NCBI RefSeq assembly: GCF_001194135.2
Contig: NC_068981.1
Span: forward strand, 170,846,883-170,894,214
From: Octopus bimaculoides
Lineage: Eukaryota
Length of the DNA stretch: 47,332 bases
Direction of reading: 5' to 3'
Each line of letters starts with the position of its first letter. The stretch's first letter is position 1. Both the position numbers and the translations under genes were made by a program. This document shows, piece by piece, positions 12,201 through 24,937 of this stretch. The notes beneath the pieces are model-generated. The model saw only the letters and a program-made list of their open reading frames with translations. It was not told where the DNA came from and did no database searches.

Positions 12201-13304
12201 TGGGATACTATATCAAAGTAGCACAACACTTCAAACACACAGACTAGGGTACAGAGATATTAGCTATCAACACCTTTTCTCCGCAAATATTCTGTAGAAG
12301 AGGCCCTAAATCAGAAGTATTGAAATGCCAAGCAATAGAACTAATCATCGATCTGTATAAATTAACTTTTATAACTTGCATTGATTTCGTTTCAAAGATA
12401 TTTAAAACACTTCAAGTTATATTGTATTGAACAGGATGGTATCAGCAACCTATCACATAGCATAAGTATTTTACAGTTATGAGTAAGTACCAACTTGAAA
12501 GAATAGCATGAATGCCAAATGTGTATTTGGACCGTCATTTGAAAAGGGATGGAGGTTAGATAAATGACATCGGAAATCTTTAGATTATTATATTTGTATT
12601 CATGAACTGAATCTTAGAGACTAGGTACTTCATAAAAATTATTCTAAAGCGTCATAAGGGAAATCTCACCTCATTCTCTATTTTAATACATTTGCATATA
12701 AAATCTTACAAACAACCAATTGTGATTTATAATCGTGTAGTTTTCTCAGTCTTATTAACTAAAAGTTTTGAATCTGTTTAACAAGGTAGACCGAAATAAG
12801 AAGTTGCGTGCAACAATGTAGGGTGACATATTACGGTTATCTTTTACTATAATCTATTAATCTATGAATGGAATAAAACCTATTATTCTTAGAATCGAAG
12901 GATCGATAGTCTTTCAATAGGATTAAGAAGTCTACAATAATTAAAATTTATCGTATTTTACTTCAAAGGATTTTAAAAGTATGATTTGCCTTTTTTTAAT
13001 AATTAGTCCATATTTGCTAATATTTTGTGCATAACTCCTTAAACGAGTCTGTCATTCAATTTAACACTCCAGGGATAATCATTAAAATGATTGCAAACAT
13101 GAAAGCCAATTTAATAATTCATTTTATATTCCAATACTAGAGATTTGATGAAGATTTCAGTTTTATATCTTTATTTATTTTAAAGCCAAAAATTTTCGTT
13201 TATACAGTTGAGTGTCAGACTAGTAAGAATAATTCCAAGTCTTCATCAGTTCACCAGTATCACTGTAAATATGACATATAACTTTGCAAAAGCTTAGTCG
13301 AGAC

Positions 13305-13345
<41 letters not shown>

Positions 13346-13439
13346 CATGTTTAACACCATCTCCAATAACATTATAGATACAAGAAATTTAGGAATAATT
13401 ATATCAATTAGTCATGAGGTAGGGTAGTTAACTGTAAAT

Positions 13440-13653
13440 AAAAGTGAGAAAACATTAAGGAAGTGAGCATGCTGGGCAAAATGCTTAGCAACTTTTCGTA
13501 CGACTTTACTTCTGAATTGAAATTCCACCGAGGTTGATTTTATATTTCATCCTTTCGAGGACGATAAAATGGGTACCAGTTGAGCACTGGAGTCTACGTA
13601 ACCAGCTTATCCTCTCCCCGGAATTTGCTGGCCTTGTACCAAAATTTGAAATC
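13440..13653 (+). mobile_element. tRNA-derived SINE, family C (GGCGGTGAGCTGGC head), old copy
   Basis: Homology within the window to 24938-25200, 27035-27245 and 44060-44258 (AAATTCCxCCGAGGT, TTTCATCCTTTCG, TACCAGTTGAGCACTGG). Confidence 0.75.
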
Positions 13654-15605
13654 AAAGTTAAAGCACAAAATTTGTAGAAAAATTTACCTGTAAAGTTTTT
13701 CCTGTCAGCAAGTGTGTATATTTTCTTCAGACATAGACTTTTCTTTCCAATTACTTCAGGTCTTCCTTATTTACTGTTGGTTGCTGGTGATGAAATAAAT
13801 CTAAAATTTTATCTAAAAGTACTCTCAAACACATGTTTAACTCAAGGTCTCTTGAACTATCGTGAAAATGAAATGACCACATATATTTGTGATTGTTAAT
13901 GAATTTTACATCTGTACTTTTGTCACTCATATTCCTTACTTAAATTGCTTTTTCATGGACTTAAAGATATGACGATAGTATCCGATGACACTTTTATGAG
14001 TGTGTTAAACACCTTTTCTAAACGAAACACCATAGAAAGCAAGGAATTGAAAATGTAATCATTTTAAAAGCAATGTAGACATGACAGTTGCAGAACATGT
14101 CAAATATGATTGGAAATCCTTTGAGAACACCAGTGCTTGTATGCTATGGCTGTCTATAATTATCTGTAATATATCGGAATCAGGTCTGTCATTTGTGTTC
14201 ACAGAAATAATTGACATATATATGAAATGTGATAGATATTAGTTTCGGATAAATATAAACACGGTGTTTGAAATAGCGACATGTAAAATTCAGTTTAATT
14301 TAAGGTGTTTGGAGAAAATTCTCAACATTATATTTAATGTAGTTTTGGTGGGCATCTAAAGTTGGAAGATAAACCTACACTAAACTGAAATTGCAGATAA
14401 AATGCAGTTCACAGTCGGAGCCGAACTATTCAACATTTGACATCACTTCTTACAAGTGATGATTATAAATAAAGATAATGAAAATGAAATGAATGTAACA
14501 AAATTTCACTTCTTTTATTGTATGTATTTCAACTTATGTATTCCTGAGAAATATATATTTCCTAATGGTTCATGCAAAAGTGTAAATGGAAATCTCCAAA
14601 CGACTTCAACTTGTTTAACACTTTAAAACGTTTGAAAATTTTACAAAGTTACGTAACCCTCGTTTGTAAATTTACACAAGAAATCAATGTTTAAAATATG
14701 TTTATTTTTATAACTTTAGTTCTAAACCACTTAGGTATAGTTAAACTAGTCCTAAATCATATCTGGTGCTGCACGCAGTGGTGGCTCTTCTTTCAACCTT
14801 TGCTTTGAAATTACAATAACAAAGCAGAAATAAATGGCAGATAAAGTATATGCACACACTCCAGGGATTTACAGATCATCCCAGTGGTACTCCATCAGAA
14901 TAGCCTTGCAGTTTATAATTCTTGTATGGAATATTTTTCCAGAGTTATTGATACAAACAATTTGTAGTTTCAATGTGTGATTATTTTCTATTAGATAATA
15001 ATTACTTAGTGCACTATGAGATGTTTTGGCACGAGATAGACATTAGTTTAAACTTCATCGTCCATCTTGTAGTGAGCATTTGACAAGTTTTTATTGAAAT
15101 TCATGCCATTTTGTCTTATTTACACATAAAGTCTGAGTCATTGCTTGTATTCAAAATAGCGTGGTGATAATGTAGAGAATTATTCAAACGGAAAGATATA
15201 CGAGAAGCGTAGAGTGACAACTATGCAAATGGATTGGACTAATGCAAGCATAGAATAAAAATATGAAGTAGATGTATTCAGAGTGTGAGGTACATATATG
15301 TGTGTGTGTTGTGTGTGTCTTTGCAATGCACTTAATATAAAACACTCAGACAGCAATGTCATTTTTCAACATATGCACACAAACTCAATTGCAAACGGAC
15401 ACAGTTACACACTTATTATGTATAGCCCAGTATTGATGTTCGGTTATGTATAAGCAGATGTGGGTTCAGGCTGTATAAGCAAAACAAATACATGTTGTTG
15501 AAATAAAGCTTTATTCCATTATTCGTATTGATTATCTATATAATGCATGTTTATGTGTATATGAATGATTTGAGAAGTACAGCGTATGGTATATTCATAT
15601 AAGCA

Positions 15606-15638
<33 letters not shown>

Positions 15639-15919
15639 ATATGTATGTATGTATGTATATATGTATGAATGTATGTAAGTATGTATGTATGTATGTATGT
15701 ATATGCATACACGNNNNNNNNNNNNNNNNNNNNNNNNNNNNNNNNNNNNNNNNNNNNNNNNNNNNNNNNNNNNNNNNNNNNNNNNNNNNNNNNNNNNNNN
15801 NNNNNNNNNNNNNNNNNNNNNNNNNNNNNNNNNNNNNNNNNNNNNNNNNNNNNNNNNNNNNNNNNNNNNNNNNNNNNNNNNNNNNNNNNNNNNNNNNNNN
15901 NNNNNNNNNNNNNNNNNNN

Positions 15920-16028
15920 GGGCAAGTGTCATCTACTATAGCTTCGGGCCGACCAAAGCCTTGTGAGTGGATTTGGTAGGCGGAAACTGAAAGAAGCCCG
16001 TTGTATATATGTATATATATATATATGT

Positions 16029-16064
<36 letters not shown>

Positions 16065-16275
16065 TTAGTGTCTGTATTTGTCCCCCCCCCCAACATCGCT
16101 TGATATCCGATGCTATGTGTTTACGTCCCCGTAACACTAGCGGTTCGGCAAAAAGAAACCGATAGAATAAGTGCTAGGCTTACAAAGAATAAATCCTGGG
16201 GTCGTTTTGTTCGACTAAAAGGTGGTGCTCCAGCATGGCCGCAGTCAAACGACTGAAACAAGGAAACAGGTAAAA

Positions 16276-16280
<5 letters not shown>
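15920..16280 (+). mobile_element. tRNA-derived SINE, family B, with internal (TA)/(TG) microsatellite; 5' end in gap
   Basis: Near-identical to 19855-20094 (GGGCCGACCAAAGCCTTGTGAGTGGATTTGGTAG..CGGTTCGGC); 3' end CAGCATGGCCGCAGTC..AAAAGAATA. Confidence 0.9.
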
Positions 16281-16307
<27 letters not shown>

Positions 16308-16419
16308 NNNNNNNNNNNNNNNNNNNNNNNNNNNNNNNNNNNNNNNNNNNNNNNNNNNNNNNNNNNNNNNNNNNNNNNNNNNNNNNNNNNNNNNNNNNNN
16401 NNNNNNNNNNNNNNNNNNN

Positions 16420-16650
16420 ATTCCCAGACCGGGCGTTGTGTGTGTATATTGAGCGAAAACACCTAAAACCTCCACGAGGCTCCGGCAGTGGGGTGGTGAC
16501 CCCTGTTGTACTCTTTCGCTCCAACTTTCTCTCACTCTTTCTTCTTGTTTATTGGTGGTGACAGAGTGCGATGGACTGAAGTGCCGTCCAGCTGGTGGGA
16601 GGGGGGCACATACGCCATAGAAACCGGGAAACCTGGCCCATGAGCCTAGG
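16420..16650 (+). mobile_element. SINE family A variant with a different 3' part; 5' end in gap
   Basis: 16420-16548 aligns with 5120-5215 and the 41352-41733 copy; then diverges (..CGCCATAGAAACCGGGAAACC..). Confidence 0.75.
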
Positions 16651-17189
16651 TATCGTTGTATTTGGGGATGGTATTGTTGCCAGTTTAGCCAATAAAATCA
16701 CACGCACTATATATTTGGTGTTAATTTGCTTCAGCTTTATTTTACATTACATTAATCGTATTTCGGCCAGAGTTCTTTCGTCACACTTCTGTGACCTCAT
16801 CAGCGGTCCTTCGCTTTCTTCTTTCCTATTTGTGTGTCTTTCCTTACTAACGATCAGCCATTCTGTATTTTGTATTCCTATTGTGTGTCTTTATTTGCAC
16901 ATGCGTATCCCCCATGTGTGTCTATGTTTACTAAGTGTGTGTGTGTGTGTGTATGGGGAGTGCCTGTATTATCTGTATCCCCTGTTTATATACATTCGTT
17001 TAATTTGTTTTTATTTATTTGTTCATGTGTTTATACCTACTTATTATTATTTTTTTCTATTCTATCTTTTTTTGTAGTTAATTTAATTCAATTTTGTTAA
17101 CGTATATAGTTATTTAATTCCATTTATTTATCTGTGTATTGTATTATATTTTATATACAAGAACAACGAGAATGTCACTGACGGTAATC

Positions 17190-17224
17190 AGAGTGATAGT
17201 AGTAGTGGTAGAGGTAGGAACAGC

Positions 17225-17292
<68 letters not shown>

Positions 17293-17346
17293 CAATAGTG
17301 GTGGTAGTAATAGTGATGATGGTGGTGGTGACAGTAGTAGTAGTAA

Positions 17347-17385
<39 letters not shown>

Positions 17386-17460
17386 CAATAGTGGTGGTAG
17401 TAGTAGTGGGGTCGATGGTGGTAGCAGTAACGACGGTAATAGTAGTAGCGGTAATGAGGA
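17190..17460. repeat. (GTA)n/(GTG)n trinucleotide microsatellite
   Basis: Direct reading; source of the poly-Val and poly-Leu ORFs. Confidence 0.95.
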
Positions 17461-17529
17461 AGATAACCCCATTTTCAATGTTGTTGTTGTTGATGTAGAT
17501 TATAGCAGCATTTTTTCTGACTTTGCTTT

Positions 17530-18272
17530 CTAAGGTTCAAATACCGCCAGGATCGACTGTACTTTCATCCCTCAGGGCCGATAAGATAATTACCAGTTGA
17601 GTATTGGGATCGATGTAATTGACCGGCTTTGTGACTATATTAGAAAGCTTTATTACTATTTTGGATTTTATGGTTCTACGTTGGCAAAATCGTCAGTAGG
17701 TCATTTAAATAGATATGGCATTTCATTCGTCTGTATGCTCTGAGTACAAATTCTGCCGACGCCGAGTTTGCCATTCATCATTTTAGGATCGTTAAATTAA
17801 GTACCAGTTAAGCATTGGGGTCGATGTAAACGAATTAACCCCACCCTCTACTTGTTCACCTTGTCCAAAATTTGAAACCAATATTATTGCTGTGTATGTT
17901 TAGGCCTTGTGCTAATAGCCAAAAGGATTGTTATTATGGACGAATATGTGTAAAAGGCAAGCTGAGCACTAGATTTTATGTTGTCGACTCAACCCTTTTC
18001 GTGAACATACTCAACTTGTGCTAAATTTTGAAACAAATGATATTACTGTAAAGGTGCATTATAGCAAAAATTATTATTATTATTATGACTGGAAGAATCG
18101 GTAGAATTTTTCCCGACATCTCACTCGTTTTTACGTTATGAGTTCAAATTCTTCCGCGCTCTACTTTCTGGGTCGATGTAAGATGTATCAGTCGAGTACT
18201 GGGATTGATGTAGCGAGCTCCAGTTTTTCCAAAATTTCAGGCCTTGTGCCTATTGTAGAAAGGATTATTACT
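17530..18272 (+). mobile_element. Head-to-tail cluster of 3-4 degenerate family-C SINE copies separated by (TTA)n
   Basis: Copies at about 17530-17624, 17678-17880, 17940-18040 (weak) and 18086-18271, each with GGGTCGAT / TACCAGTTxAGxAxTGGG / CAAAATTTGAAAC or GGCCTTGTGC motifs. Confidence 0.7.
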
Positions 18273-19566
18273 ACACTTGTTTTTTTATCTATGTTTCTAT
18301 GTGTATACATGCATACATCCATGAAGAGATATAATAATATATTTATGTTATACGCAAATATATTATATGCTCATATTGTTCCAGTCGTAAGATGTACTTT
18401 ATATAGAAATTGGTCGGCTGGATGTGATATCAAATCTTAATCAAACTATAAAACTTTGCTTGGAAAAGTAGAACTTTATTTTGGAGCTTTAGTAAAAATG
18501 TTACATTAACCTTATCACATAAACATGAGGATGTTATCTTTAACGAAACAGTTAACCTCTTAAACCAAGTGACCTATGTTTACATTATAGATGAAAGAAA
18601 TTGCTAGTAGATTTTAAATGGATAATTTAGACACGCGTGTTTCTGATGTACATATCTATTTCTTGCTTCTGTTTCCGCACATATACAGAAACAACCGCAT
18701 ACACAAACAGGCGAAAAAATATATGCATATATGCGAGTGCATGTGCGTGTGTATAATGTTTGTTATTTTGTATAAATTGCGTTTCTTCTCATGGGTAAGC
18801 TGATTATTCGAAAAGATATCTATTTTACTTTACCACACCTTACTATATTAAGGCAGAGATAAGAATTGTTTGATTTCTAGTTTTGCGATGGTAACATATT
18901 CCATCAAAGAAGTTACAAAGTGAATGGAGATAGAAAAGAGAATGGGTATATTTGAGGTGCAATCAGGTTTTGATTTGCTTCAGATTTATAAGGATTTACA
19001 ATTAGATGTATAACATATTTTATCTGGTTCAACATTTCCCAGCAAAATCTAAATTAAGATAGCATTATCGTATTCGGAGAATTAGGCGTTTTTCAAAGGG
19101 GGAGGATTACCTTGTAACATGGGCACTGGTGTTATCATATTTATGTGACATTTTATTTCTATCCTCTATTAGTTTGTGCATTAACATGTGTACTTCAGTA
19201 CATAAGACGACAAATGTGAAAGCTGCAGCAATAAATAATGATATAGGCATTTAACCTTCTGAGAAATGTGGAGCGTAGGTAGTTGTAGATGTGTCTGGGT
19301 GCGAAAGTATGCAGGAACTCATTTGTTGGATCTTTACTTATACTGATAATTAATGTGTAATAAGGAATAAAAGGGCGGAGAAAATGATATATAAACTCTG
19401 CTTGAACATATCTTACATTTATTTTATTTGACATTCACAATATTATTAGTCATGAAGAAATTTCATGATCGAAGTAAGGTTGTGCGGAGCCTATTGCACT
19501 AGTAGTATAGAAATTTAGTAGAATAGAATTAAATTTCAATGAAATCTGCATTAAAGAAACGTACAT

Positions 19567-19599
<33 letters not shown>

Positions 19600-19775
19600 T
19601 GTGTGTGTATTATATTGATGGGTATTTGTACTCAGTTTATGAATTCAAGAGTTTATTTCAAGTTTTAGATACTCCTACACATACACACACACAAAAATAT
19701 ACATACATACATGCATACAAACACACACACACACACACATGCACACACATATGTATATATATGTACACACACATA

Positions 19776-20094
19776 GGCGTAGGAGTGGCTGTGTGGTAAG
19801 TAGCTTGCTTGCCAACCACATGGTTTTCAGGTTCAGTCCCAGTGCGTGGCACCTTGGGCAAGTGTCTTTTACTACAGCCTCGGGCCGACCAAAGCCTTGT
19901 GAGTGGATTTGGTAGACGGAAACTGAAAGAAACCCGTCGTATATATATGTGTAGGTGTGTGTGCGTGTGTGTGTGTGTTTGTGTTTGTCCCCCGAACATC
20001 ACTTGACAACCGATGCTGGTGTGTTTACGTCCCCGTAACTAGCGGTTCGGCGAAAAAGATCGATAGAATAAGTACAAGGCTTACAAAGAACAAG
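19776..20094 (+). mobile_element. tRNA-derived SINE, family B (GGCGTAGGAGTGGCTGTGTGGTAAG head); 3' end in gap
   Basis: A box TGGCTGTGTGG, B-box-like GGTTCAGTCCC; near-identity with 15920-16280. Confidence 0.9.
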
Positions 20095-20389
20095 NNNNNN
20101 NNNNNNNNNNNNNNNNNNNNNNNNNNNNNNNNNNNNNNNNNNNNNNNNNNNNNNNNNNNNNNNNNNNNNNNNNNNNNNNNNNNNNNNNNNNNNNNNNNNN
20201 NNNNNNNNNNNNNNNNNNNNNNNNNNNNNNNNNNNNNNNNNNNNNNNNNNNNNNNNNNNNNNNNNNNNNNNNNNNNNNNNNNNNNNNNNNNNNNNNNNNN
20301 NNNNNNNNNNNNNNNNNNNNNNNNNNNNNNNNNNNNNNNNNNNNNNNNNNNNNNNNNNNNNNNNNNNNNNNNNCATAACAACTTTTATA

Positions 20390-22250
20390 TTTTCTGGATT
20401 TGCAAAAGAAAATCTGTTGATGATACTAAAAATATGTTTAAAACATAAATTTTATTACTCACGTCCCGATATAATTACGATGGGAATTTTAGTCTTTTTT
20501 GCTGCACGATTCTATTCCTTTAATTTTTAAACCTTTTTTCCAAGATTGAAAATATGAGTTCTCCATTACTCTTGGTAAATATATTCGTTAAAAACAGGTG
20601 AATCACTTCATCTACATTTGGAAACGAAGATTTCAAAGAATTTTCAATTATTAAATGTTAACGTTTAAGCTCTACAAGATCTTATTTAGTACCAGTTCGG
20701 GAAAGAGAAACTCTTAATTGTTTTAGTAAACGGTACATTTTTTCACCAAGTCATTCCCCCAGATTGTTTGACCATCATTTGGTTAACGTCGATTAATTCT
20801 TAGGTGTAAAGACCATTTACAGATGAATAGCTCCAATTACATCATGTATCGTTCGACATGTGTTCTCTGTCTCTCTGAAACCAAGCTATCATAAATGTAA
20901 AATACTATTGAATTGCCCATTATAGAAAAGTGGTTGAGATTATACAAATAGTTTTATATTCTACAGCCATAATCATTGCCGCATTTGCGCTTTCAGTTAT
21001 TGCGTTTGAAGATAATTTTCACACAGTTAAATCCTCGGCGTTTTTCTAAATTTCTGAAAAAGTACACCGCATATCTTGAAAATCTCCAGGCAAGGATATT
21101 TAGAGTGCAAAGACGTTATTCAGTCAGGGTTAGAATATTATAAAGAAACACTGGTGATTTTAAAACGCTCTATTCTATAGTAGTATAACCATGGCATATT
21201 TCCAACTTCATTATGTTGACATTGTCAATTCATACGTTATATGTCTCGCTTTCTTCTTATTTAAGACAACATTTAATCTTGTTTTATGGCAAGAAAGCTG
21301 TACAATAGCACTTTTATTGTATCGGCATGTGATCACTTCCTATGGTTAATTATTGTATTCACAATAGACATACGAGCACTGTTATCGTACTAGGCAACAA
21401 ATAAGAAATACCGTTGCTAACTTTCGCAGTACACATCGGCACATTTTGAAAGAAAATGCATTAAGTGCGCAAATCATGGAATGCAGGCTGCAAACTCCAT
21501 ATAGCGTTATAATTCACAGATGTAACCTCCTGTTCATCCATCTTCTGCTGTTACTAATATAACGTTGGTCTCGGCCATCTTTTACATCAATGCAGGTTAA
21601 TTTTAAGTCCAGTAAACTTTGAACGAGATCTTAGAAATATCCTAATATTTGCCAGTATTTGAAAAATATTTCAGCTGGCCTTGACGGCAAAACAGCGAAA
21701 GGCCACGCTCAGTTTGATATAACTGGAGTATAATCCAATTAATTAAACAGTATTTCTATAGTAACTATAGCAGATAATGTGATCCAGTATGTTATTCAGA
21801 ATACAAACCGATTCGTGATTGTCTCACATTGTTTTCTTTCGGCATGATTTACGTAATGTTTGCATATGCATTTATACGCTCAATAATTTGTAAAGCGTAA
21901 TATGAATAGGTGAGAGACCAACAGCGTCCTCCGTAACTCAAAGTAAAACTGCTGTTTTAAAAATATTATGACAAACAGCCAAAGAGATTTTCAAATGAAT
22001 GCACTTAGAAATTATTTATGCTGGTTCATTAACTGAACTTTAAGATTTTCTGTTAAAGAACAATCTAAGAATTAATTCTCATGCGTATTTTTCTGAAACT
22101 CAATTTGGGGCATGCTCCTTTACGAGTAATTTCAAGACATATTTGGTCTTCATCCATACCGTTATTTTATCTTATGACATATTATCTGTCTGGGTCTGGT
22201 GACATATAGGAATGACCAATGTATATGGATTAGCAAGCATCAGAAGAGAC
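20390..22250 (-). mobile_element. hAT (Tip100/Zaphod-like) transposase fossil
   Basis: Collinear degenerate motifs on the minus strand: LDYTPVIS (21738-21715; cf. DSTPDIS), CIDVKDGRDQRY (21594-21559; cf. GIDIKDCRGQSYD), AACIP*FAHL (cf. IPCxAHSLNL), SHADTIKVL (cf. RWSAxADAxKAL), ERFKITSVSL (21170-21141), SSFPNV..LFLT..GE..FS..KN..R..QKRL (20630-20480; hATC dimerisation domain). 5' limit uncertain. Confidence 0.75.
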
Positions 22251-22740
22251 CATGGAGGACTTTTACCGTAATTCCCCATAACTTGTGTTTCACCAGGGTA
22301 TACAATATAAATATTTTTGTGCATCGAGGTGAATATGGAAAGTAAATATATAAAACACTAATGTATGTATGTATGTATGTATGTATGTATGTATGTATGT
22401 ATGTATGTATATATGTATANNNNNNNNNNNNNNNNNNNNNNNNNNNNNNNNNNNNNNNNNNNNNNNNNNNNNNNNNNNNNNNNNNNNNNNNNNNNNNNNN
22501 NNNNNNNNNNNNNNNNNNNNNNNNNNNNNNNNNNNNNNNNNNNNNNNNNNNNNNNNNNNNNNNNNNNNNNNNNNNNNNNNNNNNNNNNNNNNNNNNNNNN
22601 NNNNNNNNNNNNNNNNNNNNNNNNNNNNNNNNNNNNNNNATATATATATATATAAATGTGAGAACGGGATGGTAATATCTGAACGCATACAAAGAGCTCA
22701 ATTGTAATTTTTTACTCATGTCCAGATAGTTATATATTAA

Positions 22741-23939
22741 CAATTGTCAAATGCTTTAACCATCATGTACAAAGAAGGGCCTTTGGAATGGGACGGGGTG
22801 TGATGTAATGCTCCTAAACAATTCAAATAAGGTTCATAGGTGTTGCATTTAGCCTATAATTACAATAACATCTTTATATGAGCACATGATTGAAAGTGAT
22901 TAACTAAAAAATACATCAGCTTAGATGCGGTAAATTACATTTAGTATCCCCTTCCTCATACATTTTCCCGAGTTAAAAATCAAATGGAAGTTATTCAAAT
23001 ATCTAGAAATAGGTGACGAATATCAATTAACAAACCGTGAAGTAATTGCTTTTATTAGCGAGTATATTGTAACTGTCCCCAGCCAAATAAACAAAGGAAC
23101 CTGCGATCCCTTCCGATCAAAAACAATATTTTTTTTTTTATATTTGATACTAGCATTTTTACCCTGACCAGGTCAGTAATTACCCATCACCAAATTTAAA
23201 TAAGAGGCCTGTAAATAAAAGAACAGGACTTACATGGCTCGATGGTAAGCTCATATATTGGCGGAGAAGAAATTACGACACACAGTTTTTATGGTTTTAT
23301 TTTTCCTTACACAGTATCGTAATGTGATATATATAATATTTTACTACATCTCTCTCTGCCTAAGAGCTGGTACAAATAAATTTCGTCGATGATATAATTA
23401 GATATAGAGGAAAAGAATATGATTAATCTAACATAGGTGTGTATATATAGATTTATCTGCTTTTAGTATGAGAGTGATATAAAACTAAAGATTCAACATG
23501 TGTATTCTTCAGAAGTTTTTTTTATTCGACCTGGACAAAGGTCGGAATGCATTACATAGGTTTTTACAGTGCTACATAGAATTGTTCATGCGTAAGTAAA
23601 TTATTTGGAAATAAGAGGTTTATCAAACAGTGAGCATTTTTTATTGTCATCGTAAAAGTCGCTTTCGCTACCATTCACATAGAAGCGCGTAACGTGAAAG
23701 TCAGTGTGGTATGAGAATAGCTCACTTGATTTCGTAATACAGTAATACGTTGTCCATAACACTCACCTAATTTTGTAACATCACTTTTAATTATGTGCTC
23801 ATATAAAGAGGTTATTGGAATATTCGGCCAAATGCAACACCTATTAACCTTATTTGAATTGTTTAGGAGCATTACTTCACACCCCTTCCCTTTCCTAAGG
23901 CCCTTCTTTGTACACGATGATTAAAGCATTTAACAATGG
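22741..23939. mobile_element. 1.2-kb non-autonomous DNA transposon with ~160-bp TIRs and TTAA TSD (piggyBac-like)
   Basis: 22741-22900 is an imperfect inverted repeat of 23780-23939; TTAA at 22737-22740 and 23940-23943; ends CA(C)ATTG..CAATGG. Confidence 0.7.
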
Positions 23940-24099
23940 TTAATTATTTTACTTCACTAACTATTAGTAGTTAACACCTAAATCATGTATCGTATTTGCA
24001 GTGAGAGGAATAACGTTAAACGCTTTTTTTTTTCTTGATTTTTGAGAAAAGAAAAGACATTCACCAAAATAAAGTTATGACATCATAAAGTATGAAAGA

Positions 24100-24274
24100 T
24101 TCTTTTCTACTCTAGGGACAAGACCCGAAATTTTACAAGATGGGGTGCAGTCAATAAGATCGACCCTTAAAGGATGAAAGACAAAGTCAACCTCGGCGGA
24201 AAATTTGAACTCTGAATGTAAAGACAGACGAAGTATTTCGCCCGGCGTGCTAACGTTTCTGCCAGCTCACCGCC
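24100..24274 (-). mobile_element. SINE family C, internally deleted
   Basis: Reverse complement of the GGCGGTGAGCTGGCAGAAACGTTAGCACGCCGGGCGAAAT head. Confidence 0.85.
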
Positions 24275-24937
24275 TTCCAAGGTATGAAAGATTTTCAGTA
24301 TGATAGAATATCTTATACCATAAGTAATTACACACAAACGGTATTTTAGCAATATACAGTAGCTCTTTATTTTTTATGTCAGAATTTAAGATATGACACT
24401 AATAATTTAAACTCGTTATGTGTGCCTTACATTTGCTGAACATTATAAAGTGAACATTAAAAATTGTGCGAAATAAAACGGGAATAAAATAATTACCTTT
24501 TTCAACATCCCCATTTAATTTAATGGGGTGTTAACATTGTAGGGTCTATAGCATAATGGTAATTATGTAATTCTTTTAGCATATCTTATTTATGAGAAAA
24601 ATGATAAAGGATAATTATTGTAAAATGAGTTTAATAGAGAAACAGCAAAATAGAATAGCAAGCGTATTAATTAGTAATCGAAAATGATAATGCCTTCCCA
24701 TTTACCCTTGACATTCAATTTGATTACTGAAATTTGTTTAATCTAAATGTATTGGATCTCGGAATAGTCTGAATATTTTATCAACTCTAAGCACGCGGTC
24801 GTTTATAAAAGATGAAAGTTACATAGGAGTAGAATAGTGCATCTACGAAGTAACTGAGGCAAAACTGATAGCTTGCATGGATTTTGTGTGGAGCCTTGGG
24901 TTAAACAAGATAATAAAATTATTATTCCAGCAGGTAA

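Noticed and set aside
17139-17498. Poly-Val and poly-Leu ORFs resembling membrane or signal peptides
   Set aside because: Translation of the (GTA)n/(GTG)n array.
24504-24532. Small hairpin CCCCATT-TAATTT-AATGGGG; similar 8-9-bp hairpins at 2194-2215 and near 30720-30745
   Set aside because: Short inverted repeats are expected by chance; no Helitron CTRR end follows.
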